The notes beneath the pieces are model-generated. The model did no database searches. It had not been told where the DNA came from and was given only the letters and a program-made list of their open reading frames with translations. Source: Carpediemonas membranifera BICM (Eukaryota > Protista > Fornicata). Taken from it: a DNA stretch of 64,000 nt. Location of the stretch: assembly GCA_019828565.1 (NCBI GenBank), contig JAHDYR010000030.1, positions 62,001 through 126,000 on the forward strand, in the 5' to 3' direction. Made by a program: the position numbers and the translations under genes. Within the stretch, counting starts at the first letter, position 1, and every line of letters starts with the position of its first letter. Of the stretch, positions 21,693 to 31,450 are shown one piece after another.

Positions 21693-21917
21693 CCGTCACT
21701 TCTTTGTGTTGTGAGAAGGAAAATTTGGCGGCGCAAAATTCTGCACACTGTGTCTTTCCTGACCCAAGCTAGGCCACTGATGCTACTATACTGATGCCAC
21801 CTTCTCATGCTGGTGGAATTGAGAGTCGGAATTCGGATAATCGGAACAGGTGCTGTTTCGACCCATCTTGTGTTCAAATGCCGCCAAACTGGCTTAAGCG
21901 TGCCTATGTAGAGGCGT

Positions 21918-23261
21918 TTGAGCCGGAAGGTGCATTCAAAATTTGGTAAAAATTTTGTTCACCTTGAACGGAGATGCAAAGTCCGTGGCAACCAGGCCAA
22001 CACACAACTCAGTTCAACCCAAAGCAGTATCCGTTTAATCCAAAGTTCCGAGATCGTGGAAAGCGCGTCTCCGCGTCTAGGGTTTGTTTTCCCCGCCCCT
22101 CTTACTCAGCTGAAGGCCCTATCGGGTGTTGTTCCAGACCAAACGATCATTCGAGACTTTGAGCCAGTTTTAGACGTTCACATGCGGCAAACAGCGGCGT
22201 TCCTGGCCGATGGACCGGACTTTCCCTCAGGCCCGCCGTCCCCACCAGATAGCGACAAGTTCAGCTGGAAAGGGGCCACTAACGAGCGGAACGTGCAGGT
22301 GATCCGGCCCACACGCCGCATATCGTCACCGGAGCCGTCTGAGGCGAGCGATGTGTCGTACCAAGGGGTCGCACCGACGACCAGCTTGGAAAACGACAAG
22401 AATATCATGGAGAGAAACGCTTTATTGGACCTAGAAACACACCTCAGGTTCCTCAAACAGAAGCTGGCTTCGATACAAGTGCCCGCCGAGCTCCAGGCCC
22501 GGCCCCTATACCGGTACCAGCGGCCCCCGTCACCCCCGGACCCGTATGAGAAAAAGCACCCTGTAGGCAGGACCGCAGGCAAGTGGATCAGACCGCCTAG
22601 TGCGGGCAACACGCTTCATAGGACCTGTGCGCCGCCGGTGAAGTTTGCGAAGGAGGAGCGTCGTCTCGAGGGCCTTGATCTTTCGATGAAGCCATACATC
22701 GACGAACGACTGAGCGAAGACGAGTACTACGACCCCGAGCCCGAGGAGGTTGACGAGGAGATGGAGCGCGCCGCAGTCCTTGGACGCCGAGCCACGTTCC
22801 TCTCGCACCAGATCACGGACATGGGGCCGCCCGAGATGTTCACCCACTTCCCAGGGTACGAGCTTCCCGACATACCAGACGAGGCGAGGGACCGTATCGA
22901 GGAGCGGTTTGGTCCTGGAGCCGAGAACTGGGCGATTGACCCTGCCCAGCTCGCAGTCAAGATGGACGGCGGACACCGGCGTGTGTTTGAGACGTACGAG
23001 GCTGTGCTTGCCCAGCTGAGGGAGGAGGAGGAGCATCTCATGACACGGGGTCGGCATGGGGACCTGCAAGAGACCCGGCCTCCGAGGTGGCACTGGTGGG
23101 AGCTGAAGGACACCAGGTTCACTGAAGAGTACGCCAGGAACGGGGCGACGCTGCGGCCGGATTGGGAACATGTACAAGAGTACAGGAACACGTTGGTCCG
23201 GGAGAACGCGGACGCCAGGAAGAAGGTGCTGTCAGTCGTCATGGAGGACCGGGGGGTGTGA
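21918..23261 (+). CDS. Hypothetical protein (first ATG near 22182)
   Basis: Long ORF with host codon bias. Confidence 0.7.
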   Translation: MSRKVHSKFGKNFVHLERRCKVRGNQANTQLSSTQSSIRLIQSSEIVESASPRLGFVFPAPLTQLKALSGVVPDQTIIRDFEPVLDVHMRQTAAFLADGPDFPSGPPSPPDSDKFSWKGATNERNVQVIRPTRRISSPEPSEASDVSYQGVAPTTSLENDKNIMERNALLDLETHLRFLKQKLASIQVPAELQARPLYRYQRPPSPPDPYEKKHPVGRTAGKWIRPPSAGNTLHRTCAPPVKFAKEERRLEGLDLSMKPYIDERLSEDEYYDPEPEEVDEEMERAAVLGRRATFLSHQITDMGPPEMFTHFPGYELPDIPDEARDRIEERFGPGAENWAIDPAQLAVKMDGGHRRVFETYEAVLAQLREEEEHLMTRGRHGDLQETRPPRWHWWELKDTRFTEEYARNGATLRPDWEHVQEYRNTLVRENADARKKVLSVVMEDRGV

Positions 23262-23323
23262 CATCGGATGGATCCGGAGATAATCACGGCATAAACACGG
23301 CAAGCTGGTTTTGAATTTACATG

Positions 23324-24565
23324 TTACTTATCCTCGGTGATGGCAAACTGCACGTGCTTCTCCCTCGTGTAGGCGCACAGCACAGTGAAGGCACACGTCT
23401 GAAGGTCCGCAGGTGCCACACCGTCCCGCGAGTCGGCGGCGGCCAGTATGGCCATCGCCTCCTGCCGGGAGAGTCGCATGGCGTCGCCCCGCACTCCTTC
23501 GTAGACGTCCACGGGGGCATAGTTGCCGTTGGGGAGCACCCTGTCGCTGACGTCGCGGAGGGCGTCGGCCACCTGCTCCTCGACACCGGCCTGGTCGGCC
23601 CCGAGGACGGTGTCCGGCATGGGATGAGCGACGAGGGCGTTGTGCCGCTCAACAACACCGAGGTGCATGATGTGAGCTGCGGCGAACTCCTTGATGAGCG
23701 GCATGTACTCTATGGTCATGTCCGCCTCGACGAGCACGGCGTCGGCAAGGACGCAGTACACCTGAAGACGCGTGAGCCCCAGGCCAGCGGAGAACAGCGC
23801 GTCGCGGACAGTCCACAACGGCAGACGGCCAGTGCGGCCGTCGTCGAGCTCCTGCATGATGGCGATGAGGGTCTCAGTGAGGGTCGAGAGCACGGGCTTC
23901 GGGCGGGGAACGATCCCGGCCTCCGCAGCAGACCCAAGGAGTGTGGTGTATTTCATGGCGTCCTCCCCAAACCTGAGCTCCGCGTCCGTCGTCCCCATGA
24001 TGAGTCGCCGCTCGGGTGCTGTCAGACCAAGGTCGGGGGACCGCAGCAGCAGCGCCGCCTCGGCCCGGGGCACGCTGTCCATGTTGCCAGGGTATGTGCT
24101 GGCGACAGCCTGGAGGATCTCGACGAACTCCTCAGGAGTTGAGCCGTGGATGATGACATGAGGGGCGGGCATATCCGGGTCTGTTGTGCCGGCAAAGATC
24201 GCCGTCGTCACAGCAGAGATGGTCTCCTCGCAGTCAAACAGACCGCGCTCATCCTCCTCCATGACGATTGCGGCCCGGGCAACCTGGAAGCTGGACAGGC
24301 CGAGCTTCTCTTCCCACAGGACCTTCTTGAACACACCCTGGTCCACCTTGTTGTCTGAAACATGCGACGCAAGAGCAGAGATGAGGTGCTCCTTGAATTC
24401 TTCCATTGACATACGCTCCAAGACGTCAATGCGGCGGGATTTCACGAGAGTAGCAAAGTACTTGGCGCCGAAGCTATAAATATTGGTAGGTTGCTCCCTA
24501 AGCACTTCACGACAGAATTCTTTCGTTATTTTAGTCAATTCCGGAGGAATTGCGCTATCTTGCAT
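23324..24565 (-). CDS. RIIa-domain protein with degenerate EF-hand-like repeats (radial spoke RSP7-like)
   Basis: IPPELTKITKEFCREVLREQPTNIYSFGAKYF; repeated LGLS/LGLT helices; ELDDGRTGRL. Confidence 0.75.
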   Translation of the reverse strand: MQDSAIPPELTKITKEFCREVLREQPTNIYSFGAKYFATLVKSRRIDVLERMSMEEFKEHLISALASHVSDNKVDQGVFKKVLWEEKLGLSSFQVARAAIVMEEDERGLFDCEETISAVTTAIFAGTTDPDMPAPHVIIHGSTPEEFVEILQAVASTYPGNMDSVPRAEAALLLRSPDLGLTAPERRLIMGTTDAELRFGEDAMKYTTLLGSAAEAGIVPRPKPVLSTLTETLIAIMQELDDGRTGRLPLWTVRDALFSAGLGLTRLQVYCVLADAVLVEADMTIEYMPLIKEFAAAHIMHLGVVERHNALVAHPMPDTVLGADQAGVEEQVADALRDVSDRVLPNGNYAPVDVYEGVRGDAMRLSRQEAMAILAAADSRDGVAPADLQTCAFTVLCAYTREKHVQFAITEDK

Positions 24566-24821
24566 CTGTGAACTTTTCGTTGTGAGCAGACCTGGCAAAA
24601 CTCACACCTCCCCTGGAAGGCGAGAAGGGCTATAGAGCAGGCGGGTATCGAGTATAGATGCATTTGGCACATATTCACGTTCTGGAATACTTAAATCGCA
24701 ATCGGCATTGATGTTGCCAGCATCCCAACCACGGCAAGGTGAGATGAGAAACTACCCAGAACACAGCCAGCCACGCTTGAAGGTCACCTTGCGTGGACTA
24801 CCGTGATTTATAGGTCAGCGC

Positions 24822-25222
24822 TTACTTGCGGTTCTTCTTAGCGGCCTTAAGCTCAGCCATGGCAGCCTTGCGGGCATCGGCGCTAAGGGAGGTGGTGCGG
24901 CGCTTAGCGGCGAGGTCCTTGGAGTCGAGGCCAGAGTAGCCACGGACGACGACGTTGGACTTAACAGAGCGCTGGTGGCGGCGGCGAGTGGTGATCTCGA
25001 CGTCCTTCTTGAGAGCGCGGCGGTAAGCAGCAGTCCAGCAAATCTTACGGGGAGCCCACTTGTTCTGGAAGTGAACAGCAGCCTTCCTGTTCAGGAAGGT
25101 GAAAGAACGACCGTCGAGACGGACGTACTTCTGACCACGGCCGGGATGGATCTTGATACCGGAGTAGCTGCAGATCTCGTGACGGACCTATATAAGTTCT
25201 AACAAGGGCTAGTACGTGCCAT
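24822..25222 (-). CDS. RPL24: 60S ribosomal protein L24 (eL24), 2 exons; missed by the ORF track
   Basis: Exon 24822-25187 reads VRHEICSYSGIKIHPGRG...PRKICWTAAYRR. ATG at 25220-25222 joins through a 32-nt GC-AG intron. Confidence 0.92.
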
Positions 25223-25505
25223 CTCACAAAAACAAGTTCCTCACCAGTTTTTTACCATGAAAAAATGCATGTATGAAAAAAAACTGGTCCGCAGTCTGCG
25301 AGAATGGAGGCGTAAAAACCCCATACTAAGGGTCACAATGAACCAGTATGGCTCCCAGTATGTCTCCACTGTGGTGTGGTTGGCGGTATCACTCTGCCTG
25401 GCATGACAAGCAAGGCAAGCAATTCAAAGGATGAGACAAGCCCATGCTTCCAACCCTAACCACACCATCCCAGCCATACCAGTGCGCTGTGTACATCCAC
25501 TTTAC

Positions 25506-26182
25506 CTAGAACATGTCCTCGAGAGTGCTGAGCTCGTCCATCTTGGTCGGCAGTTGGGGCGCGGTAGGCTCAGCCACGGCCTCCTCAGAGACAGGCGCGG
25601 CGACACCAGTGAACTCGGCCATCGACTCTGTCGCCAGCTCGGCCTCGAGGGCGGCGAGCTCGTCCCCGACGTCGAGGTCCATGCCCATGCCCATGCCCAT
25701 GTCCTCGGACAGCAGCTCCGTGGTGGCGTTGATCTCGTCCATCTTGTCCGCCATGTCGTCCATCATATCCTGGACCTTGTCTGCGTCGATCGTCTTGGCG
25801 GCGGTGTCGAGCTCCTTCTTGGCGACCTTCAGGGTGTCCACGAACATGGCGCTCTGCTGTGCCGACTGGATGCCCATCTGGATGGTCTCCAGGTTGCCCA
25901 TCATGGCCGTCGTGCGGTTGACCATCTGCTCAAACTGCCGCGCTCTGCGAAGAGCAAGCTGGGCATTTGTCCTATCGCCCTTGCGCATCAATCTGTGTTA
26001 GATCCAGGAGAAGCAGCTGAAATACCAGCTGGATGAACTTACTCTCTCGCACGAGCCTTTTCAGCATCCACCTTCTTCTGATACATCATATTAGAGGTAT
26101 TCATGTTCTTGAGACCACCCATAAGGGCGTCGGCATTCGGGATCGCGTTCTTCTTAGCCTTTCCTCTTCCGACAAGGGGCAT
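25506..26182 (-). CDS. ESCRT-III Snf7-family protein, 2 exons, ~208 aa
   Basis: 50-nt GTAAGT..CTAACACAG intron at 25993-26042; AQLALRRARQFE, IDADKVQDMMD, DELAALEAE. Confidence 0.85.
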
Positions 26183-26417
26183 CTGTGTTAACGGGCGTTT
26201 TTATTCCTTAAACTGCCCATAGCTATTTACGTGGGTAATGTGGCACCCCTGTCACGTACAAGCTGTACAAGCAGTTCAATGCGCTCAAAGATGCATTCTT
26301 ATCGTTTAATTTTGCTGCGTCTGCTGAACTATATTCGGCCTGGGTCAAGGATGCTGGGTTGAGATCGCAAATTTCATGACCTGCAAGAAAGGCGTCGAAT
26401 GACAGGATCTCGGTCCG

Positions 26418-27281
26418 ATGAGACTCTACTATTGTGTCCTATATTTTTTGAACACCAGACCCGTGGCCAGCCATGAAATGGCCATGCCACAGCCCAATGA
26501 CCTCTTCCAGGCCTTCACTAACCCGCTAGGCGGACCAATGACGACTAATGCTTTGACTGAATCAGCCTTCCAGCGTTCATCGAAAAATCTATCGTATCAC
26601 CAGATGGGCGCCGGTGCGTCTACGGCGCTAAATTCCACACTTGATGGGCTGCAGACACGCCAGGTGAAGCTCCCAGAGAGCGTTACTGTCGTAACATCCC
26701 GCATTCCCGATTCTATGATCCCTTTCTCCACTGTCCTCTCCCCAATGCTCAATCCAGCGAAATACAGGGCCCAGGACGAGCAAGAGGACGATGATACCTT
26801 TGTCCAATCGTTCCTCGACACGACAGTGAGAAACGTAGACATCGACGACGCGTATGGCTCCCCGTCTGACTCGGCATCGGCCATCGGCCTCTTTGACGAC
26901 CTCGACGACGATCGTGTCTTTGCCTTGCATGACGACGACGCCATTGCGGACATGGAGGCTGCCGTCCCACTCCAGGCGATCGCCCGGGCTCAGGTCATTC
27001 GTCACACCACCAAGCTGGGGGGCGAATGTGCCATCGTCAGCATCGGGAAGCAAATGACAGCGGAGAAGAAGAGGACGATGCATAGGTCTGGGTCATCTCG
27101 GGTGCACATTCCTAAGGTGTCCGCCCGCGACAGAGCCCAGTCGATCATCAGCGAGATGTCGGCCGAGTCGGAGGCGGCAGTGGGGGCCAGCGCCATGAAG
27201 GGACTGGCGGCCATAGTGTCGAGCCAGCAAGAGGCGTATCTGCGATCCCACGGCATGGCTGGCGGGGCGGGTGGCATGTAG
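26418..27281 (+). CDS. Hypothetical protein
   Basis: 287-aa ORF; start uncertain. Confidence 0.65.
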   Translation: MRLYYCVLYFLNTRPVASHEMAMPQPNDLFQAFTNPLGGPMTTNALTESAFQRSSKNLSYHQMGAGASTALNSTLDGLQTRQVKLPESVTVVTSRIPDSMIPFSTVLSPMLNPAKYRAQDEQEDDDTFVQSFLDTTVRNVDIDDAYGSPSDSASAIGLFDDLDDDRVFALHDDDAIADMEAAVPLQAIARAQVIRHTTKLGGECAIVSIGKQMTAEKKRTMHRSGSSRVHIPKVSARDRAQSIISEMSAESEAAVGASAMKGLAAIVSSQQEAYLRSHGMAGGAGGM

Positions 27282-27332
27282 CCAATGTATTTAAGGAGAC
27301 AGCGCGCATAAATTCAGACTTTACACAAACGC

Positions 27333-30300
27333 TTACTCAGCCATCTGTGACAGCACCAGAAGCAGGCAGTTGGACGTCACGGGAGTGGCGAGGCTGGCGA
27401 CGACCTTCTCGACGACACCTTCGTGGGGGGCAGTAATCTCGACGTCCATCTTCAGCGAGGACACCTTGAGCAGAGGCTCGCCGCGGTAGACGTGGGCACC
27501 AGGCTCAGCCGCGATCTCGGTGACCTTGCCGGGCATGGGGGCGGTGATGTGGGTGGGGTCATTCTTGTCCGCGGGGGGGAGGACGGCCTTCCCCTTGTTG
27601 CCGTCGTTGTGCTCGGGCTCGGCAATGACAACGTTCATGGAGATGCCGCCGACGAGGAAGGAGAGGGTGCGGGTCTTGTGGGCCGACACGGGCGAGAAGC
27701 GGGTCAGGGTGATGTCGCCGACAGTCTCGCCGCAGACCATACCGCCGAAGAATACGTGGCTGGGAAGGCCGACAGTGGCGGCGGAGTACTTCTGGATGTG
27801 GGCCATCCAAGCCTCGAAGACGGCGGGGAACATGACGTACGAGACGGCATCCTCCATGGCCGCCTCGATGTTGTAGCGGGATGACAGGTCGGCCTTGATC
27901 TTCTCGAGGTCGGCGGGGGGCATAACCTTGCCGGGGCGCTCGGACAGGGGCTTCTTGTCCTTAAGCACGGCCTTGGAGAAGGCATCAGGCAGCCCGTCCT
28001 CGGGGAAGCCGAGCTTGCCCTCGAACAGGTCCTGGATGGATTGGGGCCAGGGGAAGTCGGGGTTGACAGTGGCGGGGTTGACGGCGTCGGGGGTGAGGTC
28101 ATTCATGATGAGGTACATCGAGAGATCGCCCACACACTTGGAAGAGGGGGTGACCTTGACAATATCGCCGAGGGCGCGGTTGACGTCACGATACATGTCG
28201 AGAATCTCGGACCAGCGGTGCTCGAGGCCCATGTCGCGTGCCTGTGCGTACAGGTTGGAGAACTGACCGCCGGGGATCTGGTGCTCGTAGACGCGGGCAG
28301 TACCGGTCTTGATGCCGGACTCGTTCGAGGCGTACACCTTACGGACGGCCTCCCAGTACTGGGCGATCGGCTCGAGCTTGAGGTAGTCGATGCCTGTGTC
28401 CATCGCTGTGCCCTGGACAGAGGTGATGAAGGCGTTGAGGGAGGGCTGGGACGTAGTGTCAGCCAGGGAGCTGATGGCGAAGTCCATGATGTCACAGCCG
28501 GCAGAGGCCATGCCGAGGCAGGCGGCGAGGGCGGCGGACGAGGTGTTGTGCGTGTGGAAGTGGATCGGGATGTCCGGGGCGACCTCGCGCATGGCGGCCA
28601 TGAGGGGTCCGGCCATTTGAGGACGGAAGAGCCCCGCCATGTCCTTGATGGCAAGGATGTGGGCACCGGCGGACACAGCCTTCTGGGCGAGGGCGCGGTA
28701 GTAATCAAGCGTGTACTTGGTCTCGTTCTCATCGAGGAAGTTGCCGGTGAAGCAGATGGCGACCTCGGCGATCTTCCCGACCTTGCGAACCTGGTCGATG
28801 GAGACTTCCATCTGGGTGAAGTTGTTGAAGCAGTCAAAGATACGGAAGACGTCGATACCGTTGTTGGCGGCCTGGGTGATGAACTCACGGACGACGTTGT
28901 CGGGGTAAGAGGCATAGCCGACGGCGTTGGAGCCGCGGAGGAGCATCTGGAGGCAGGCGTTTGGGATACGGGCACGGAGCTCTCTCAGACGGGCCCATGG
29001 AGACTCCTTGAGGAAGCGGAAGGCAACGTCAAACGTCGCACCGCCCCAGCACTCAAAGGAGAACATCGTGGGGGTGGCGAGGGCCTGCTGGGTGGCGTCA
29101 ACGACGTCGAGGAAGTCCTTGGTACGGACCCGAGTGGCCAGCAGGGACTGGTGGGCGTCACGGAAGGTCGTGTCGGTGAGGAGGACGCCGCTCTGCTCAC
29201 GGACCCACTTGGCAGCGGCCTCGGGGCCACGCTCGTCGAGGACGCGCTTGGCGGTCATGACGGTGTTGTCGTGGAGGGGCTTGGTCGTGTCGACGGGGAC
29301 GGGGACGGGGCAGACGGGCAGCGGCTGGTCAGCGCGGGCCTTCTTCACGCGGGAGTTGTCCGCGACGGTGCGCTCGGCGATGTAGACGAGGTTCGGGGGG
29401 ACCTCGGGGCCGGGGGTCGCGTCCTTGGTCAGATCCACGGTCACGGCGCCCTTGCGGCTGGGGCGGGCGGCGGGGGGCTCGAGGGCGGCGAGCTTGTCCG
29501 AGAGCTGGGTGGGAGTGAGCTCGAGGAAGCGGCCCATGGCGCGGAACTTGGCCTGGCGGTCCTTGACGATGTCATCGGGGGTCATGACGTCCCACTGAGC
29601 AAACGAGGCCATGATGTCGATGGACAGGGCCTTGAGGAGGAAGGGGCAGTAGTGGTAGTCCTCGGCGGGGTACTCCGTGATGATGGAGTCGATGACGCCG
29701 AGCTCCTTGAGCTGGTGTGCATAGACGTGCTGCTTCGTGGCGATCTTCATGCAGTCCTTGGGGAAGTTGGTCTTCTTGTCGTCCTCGTCCTTGTAGCGGC
29801 CCAGAATGGACGCCGCGCCCTCGGGGGAGATGACAGAGTAGTAGGCGTTCGACAGCATCGACACGCGGTTGCCCATGGCGAGGCCGAGGGCACCGCCGGA
29901 CCCACCCTCGCCGGTGACGACGGTGTAGATGGGGGTGCGGAGGGAGGCCATGAAGAGGAGGATCTCAGCAATGGCCTGACCTTGGCCGGCAACCTCGGCG
30001 TCAAACGAGGGGAGGGCGCCGCACGTGTCGACGAGGGAGACGACGGGGAGGCCGAACTGGTCGGCGAGGCCCATAAGGCGCTGGGCGGTGCGGTAGCCGT
30101 CGGGGTGGGACATGCCGAACTCGCGGGAGGACAGGGCCTCGGCGGAGTGGCCCTTGTGGGTGGCGATCACGACGCAAGGACGGACCTCAGTGTTGTCCCC
30201 GACGCGGGGGAGGAGGCCGATGCCGCCCTGGATGGCGTCATCGCGGCCCTGGCGGCCGTCACCAGCGAGGTGGATGAAGGTGGCGCCGAACAGCTTGTGG

Positions 30301-31271
30301 ACGAGATCCGTGGGCTGGTAGCGGTCGATGTTACGGGCGTGGGTGTAGTCTGCCTCGTAGGGACGGGTGGGGGTCCCGGGGGGGATGTCGGCAATGTCGG
30401 GGGCGTCGAGCATCTCGGTGTGGTCCTCAACCTTGAAGGGCGAGTCGCGGCGGCGGGCGAGAATCTGGATGAGCGTGGCGACGCGCTTATGGGCGTCCTC
30501 CTTGTCGAGAGCGACCATGTCAATCTGACCGTAGTTGTGGAGGAACTGGGCAGACTGGAAGCCCTCGGGGCAGTTGGTGTCGTACTTATCCTGCTCCATG
30601 TCGAAGCAAGTGTTCAGGATGACGCTGGGGCCGGCAAAACCGATACGGGCATCCTTGATGCCGATCTTGAAGTCAGCCTGCATGGCGTAGGAAGCGGCGA
30701 CACCACCGTACGTGGGGTCGAGCAGGAGGGTGATGAAGGGGAGGTGGCAGGCGCGGAAAGCGGCGACTGCGCAAGAAACCTTGGCCATCTGCATCAGGGC
30801 GAGAGTGCCCTCCTGCATACGGGCGCCACCGGAGGCGCACTCCATGACGAGAGGCATCATGTGCTCGCGCGCGTAGTCGAAGGCGCGGCAGATACGCTCG
30901 CCCTCAGCGCAACCGAGAGTACCGCCGAAGTACTTGAAGTTGTGAGTAACGTAGATTACCTTGACACCGCCGAAAGACTTCTCAGAGACAGTGATACCGC
31001 AGAAATCCTTGCCCTTGCTGGCATTGGCGTCAATCTGTTCGCCATAGCTAACATTATTGAACTCGAAACCGAGGAAATCGCTTGATACAACCTCAGTAAA
31101 CATAGACATCGGTCGCACGGAGAGGGTTGGTGAGTGTTGACTTCGTTTGAAGTCGAGCATTTTTAGCGAATCAGGAGTGAGTCTCACGAACCTGTGCTGG
31201 TTCGACCCCATACAGTGAATTGGTGCCCTCCGTAGTCGTTGCCCCGGCTTTCTTCGAAAGTCACCGTACAA
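27333..31271 (-). CDS. AccD-AccA-pyruvate carboxyltransferase-biotinyl fusion (transcarboxylase-like)
   Basis: SGGARMQEG (AccD), GEGGSGGAL (AccA), TDTTFRDAHQSLLATR and IKDMAG (PC carboxyltransferase), APMPG..LKM (biotin carrier). No biotin carboxylase domain; start uncertain. Confidence 0.92.
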   Translation of the reverse strand: MYGDFRRKPGQRLRRAPIHCMGSNQHRFVRLTPDSLKMLDFKRSQHSPTLSVRPMSMFTEVVSSDFLGFEFNNVSYGEQIDANASKGKDFCGITVSEKSFGGVKVIYVTHNFKYFGGTLGCAEGERICRAFDYAREHMMPLVMECASGGARMQEGTLALMQMAKVSCAVAAFRACHLPFITLLLDPTYGGVAASYAMQADFKIGIKDARIGFAGPSVILNTCFDMEQDKYDTNCPEGFQSAQFLHNYGQIDMVALDKEDAHKRVATLIQILARRRDSPFKVEDHTEMLDAPDIADIPPGTPTRPYEADYTHARNIDRYQPTDLVHKLFGATFIHLAGDGRQGRDDAIQGGIGLLPRVGDNTEVRPCVVIATHKGHSAEALSSREFGMSHPDGYRTAQRLMGLADQFGLPVVSLVDTCGALPSFDAEVAGQGQAIAEILLFMASLRTPIYTVVTGEGGSGGALGLAMGNRVSMLSNAYYSVISPEGAASILGRYKDEDDKKTNFPKDCMKIATKQHVYAHQLKELGVIDSIITEYPAEDYHYCPFLLKALSIDIMASFAQWDVMTPDDIVKDRQAKFRAMGRFLELTPTQLSDKLAALEPPAARPSRKGAVTVDLTKDATPGPEVPPNLVYIAERTVADNSRVKKARADQPLPVCPVPVPVDTTKPLHDNTVMTAKRVLDERGPEAAAKWVREQSGVLLTDTTFRDAHQSLLATRVRTKDFLDVVDATQQALATPTMFSFECWGGATFDVAFRFLKESPWARLRELRARIPNACLQMLLRGSNAVGYASYPDNVVREFITQAANNGIDVFRIFDCFNNFTQMEVSIDQVRKVGKIAEVAICFTGNFLDENETKYTLDYYRALAQKAVSAGAHILAIKDMAGLFRPQMAGPLMAAMREVAPDIPIHFHTHNTSSAALAACLGMASAGCDIMDFAISSLADTTSQPSLNAFITSVQGTAMDTGIDYLKLEPIAQYWEAVRKVYASNESGIKTGTARVYEHQIPGGQFSNLYAQARDMGLEHRWSEILDMYRDVNRALGDIVKVTPSSKCVGDLSMYLIMNDLTPDAVNPATVNPDFPWPQSIQDLFEGKLGFPEDGLPDAFSKAVLKDKKPLSERPGKVMPPADLEKIKADLSSRYNIEAAMEDAVSYVMFPAVFEAWMAHIQKYSAATVGLPSHVFFGGMVCGETVGDITLTRFSPVSAHKTRTLSFLVGGISMNVVIAEPEHNDGNKGKAVLPPADKNDPTHITAPMPGKVTEIAAEPGAHVYRGEPLLKVSSLKMDVEITAPHEGVVEKVVASLATPVTSNCLLLVLSQMAE

Positions 31272-31450
31272 GATCGTGCAATCAGCAGAATCCGATTATA
31301 TCGATAATTTTGGAGAGCGGTTACACCCAGTGCTATTCACCATTCCCGTGCCGAATTGCCGCGCACCGGACGCTGCCGAGCCACGTGGGGGACGATTGAA
31401 GGATTCGGCACGACTTGCCGACTCTGCGATGATAAGCCATCCCCCCAATC

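Noticed and set aside
28041-31085. 1014-aa antisense ORF (likewise 15531-17174)
   Set aside because: Artefact of strong GC3 bias in the opposite-strand genes.
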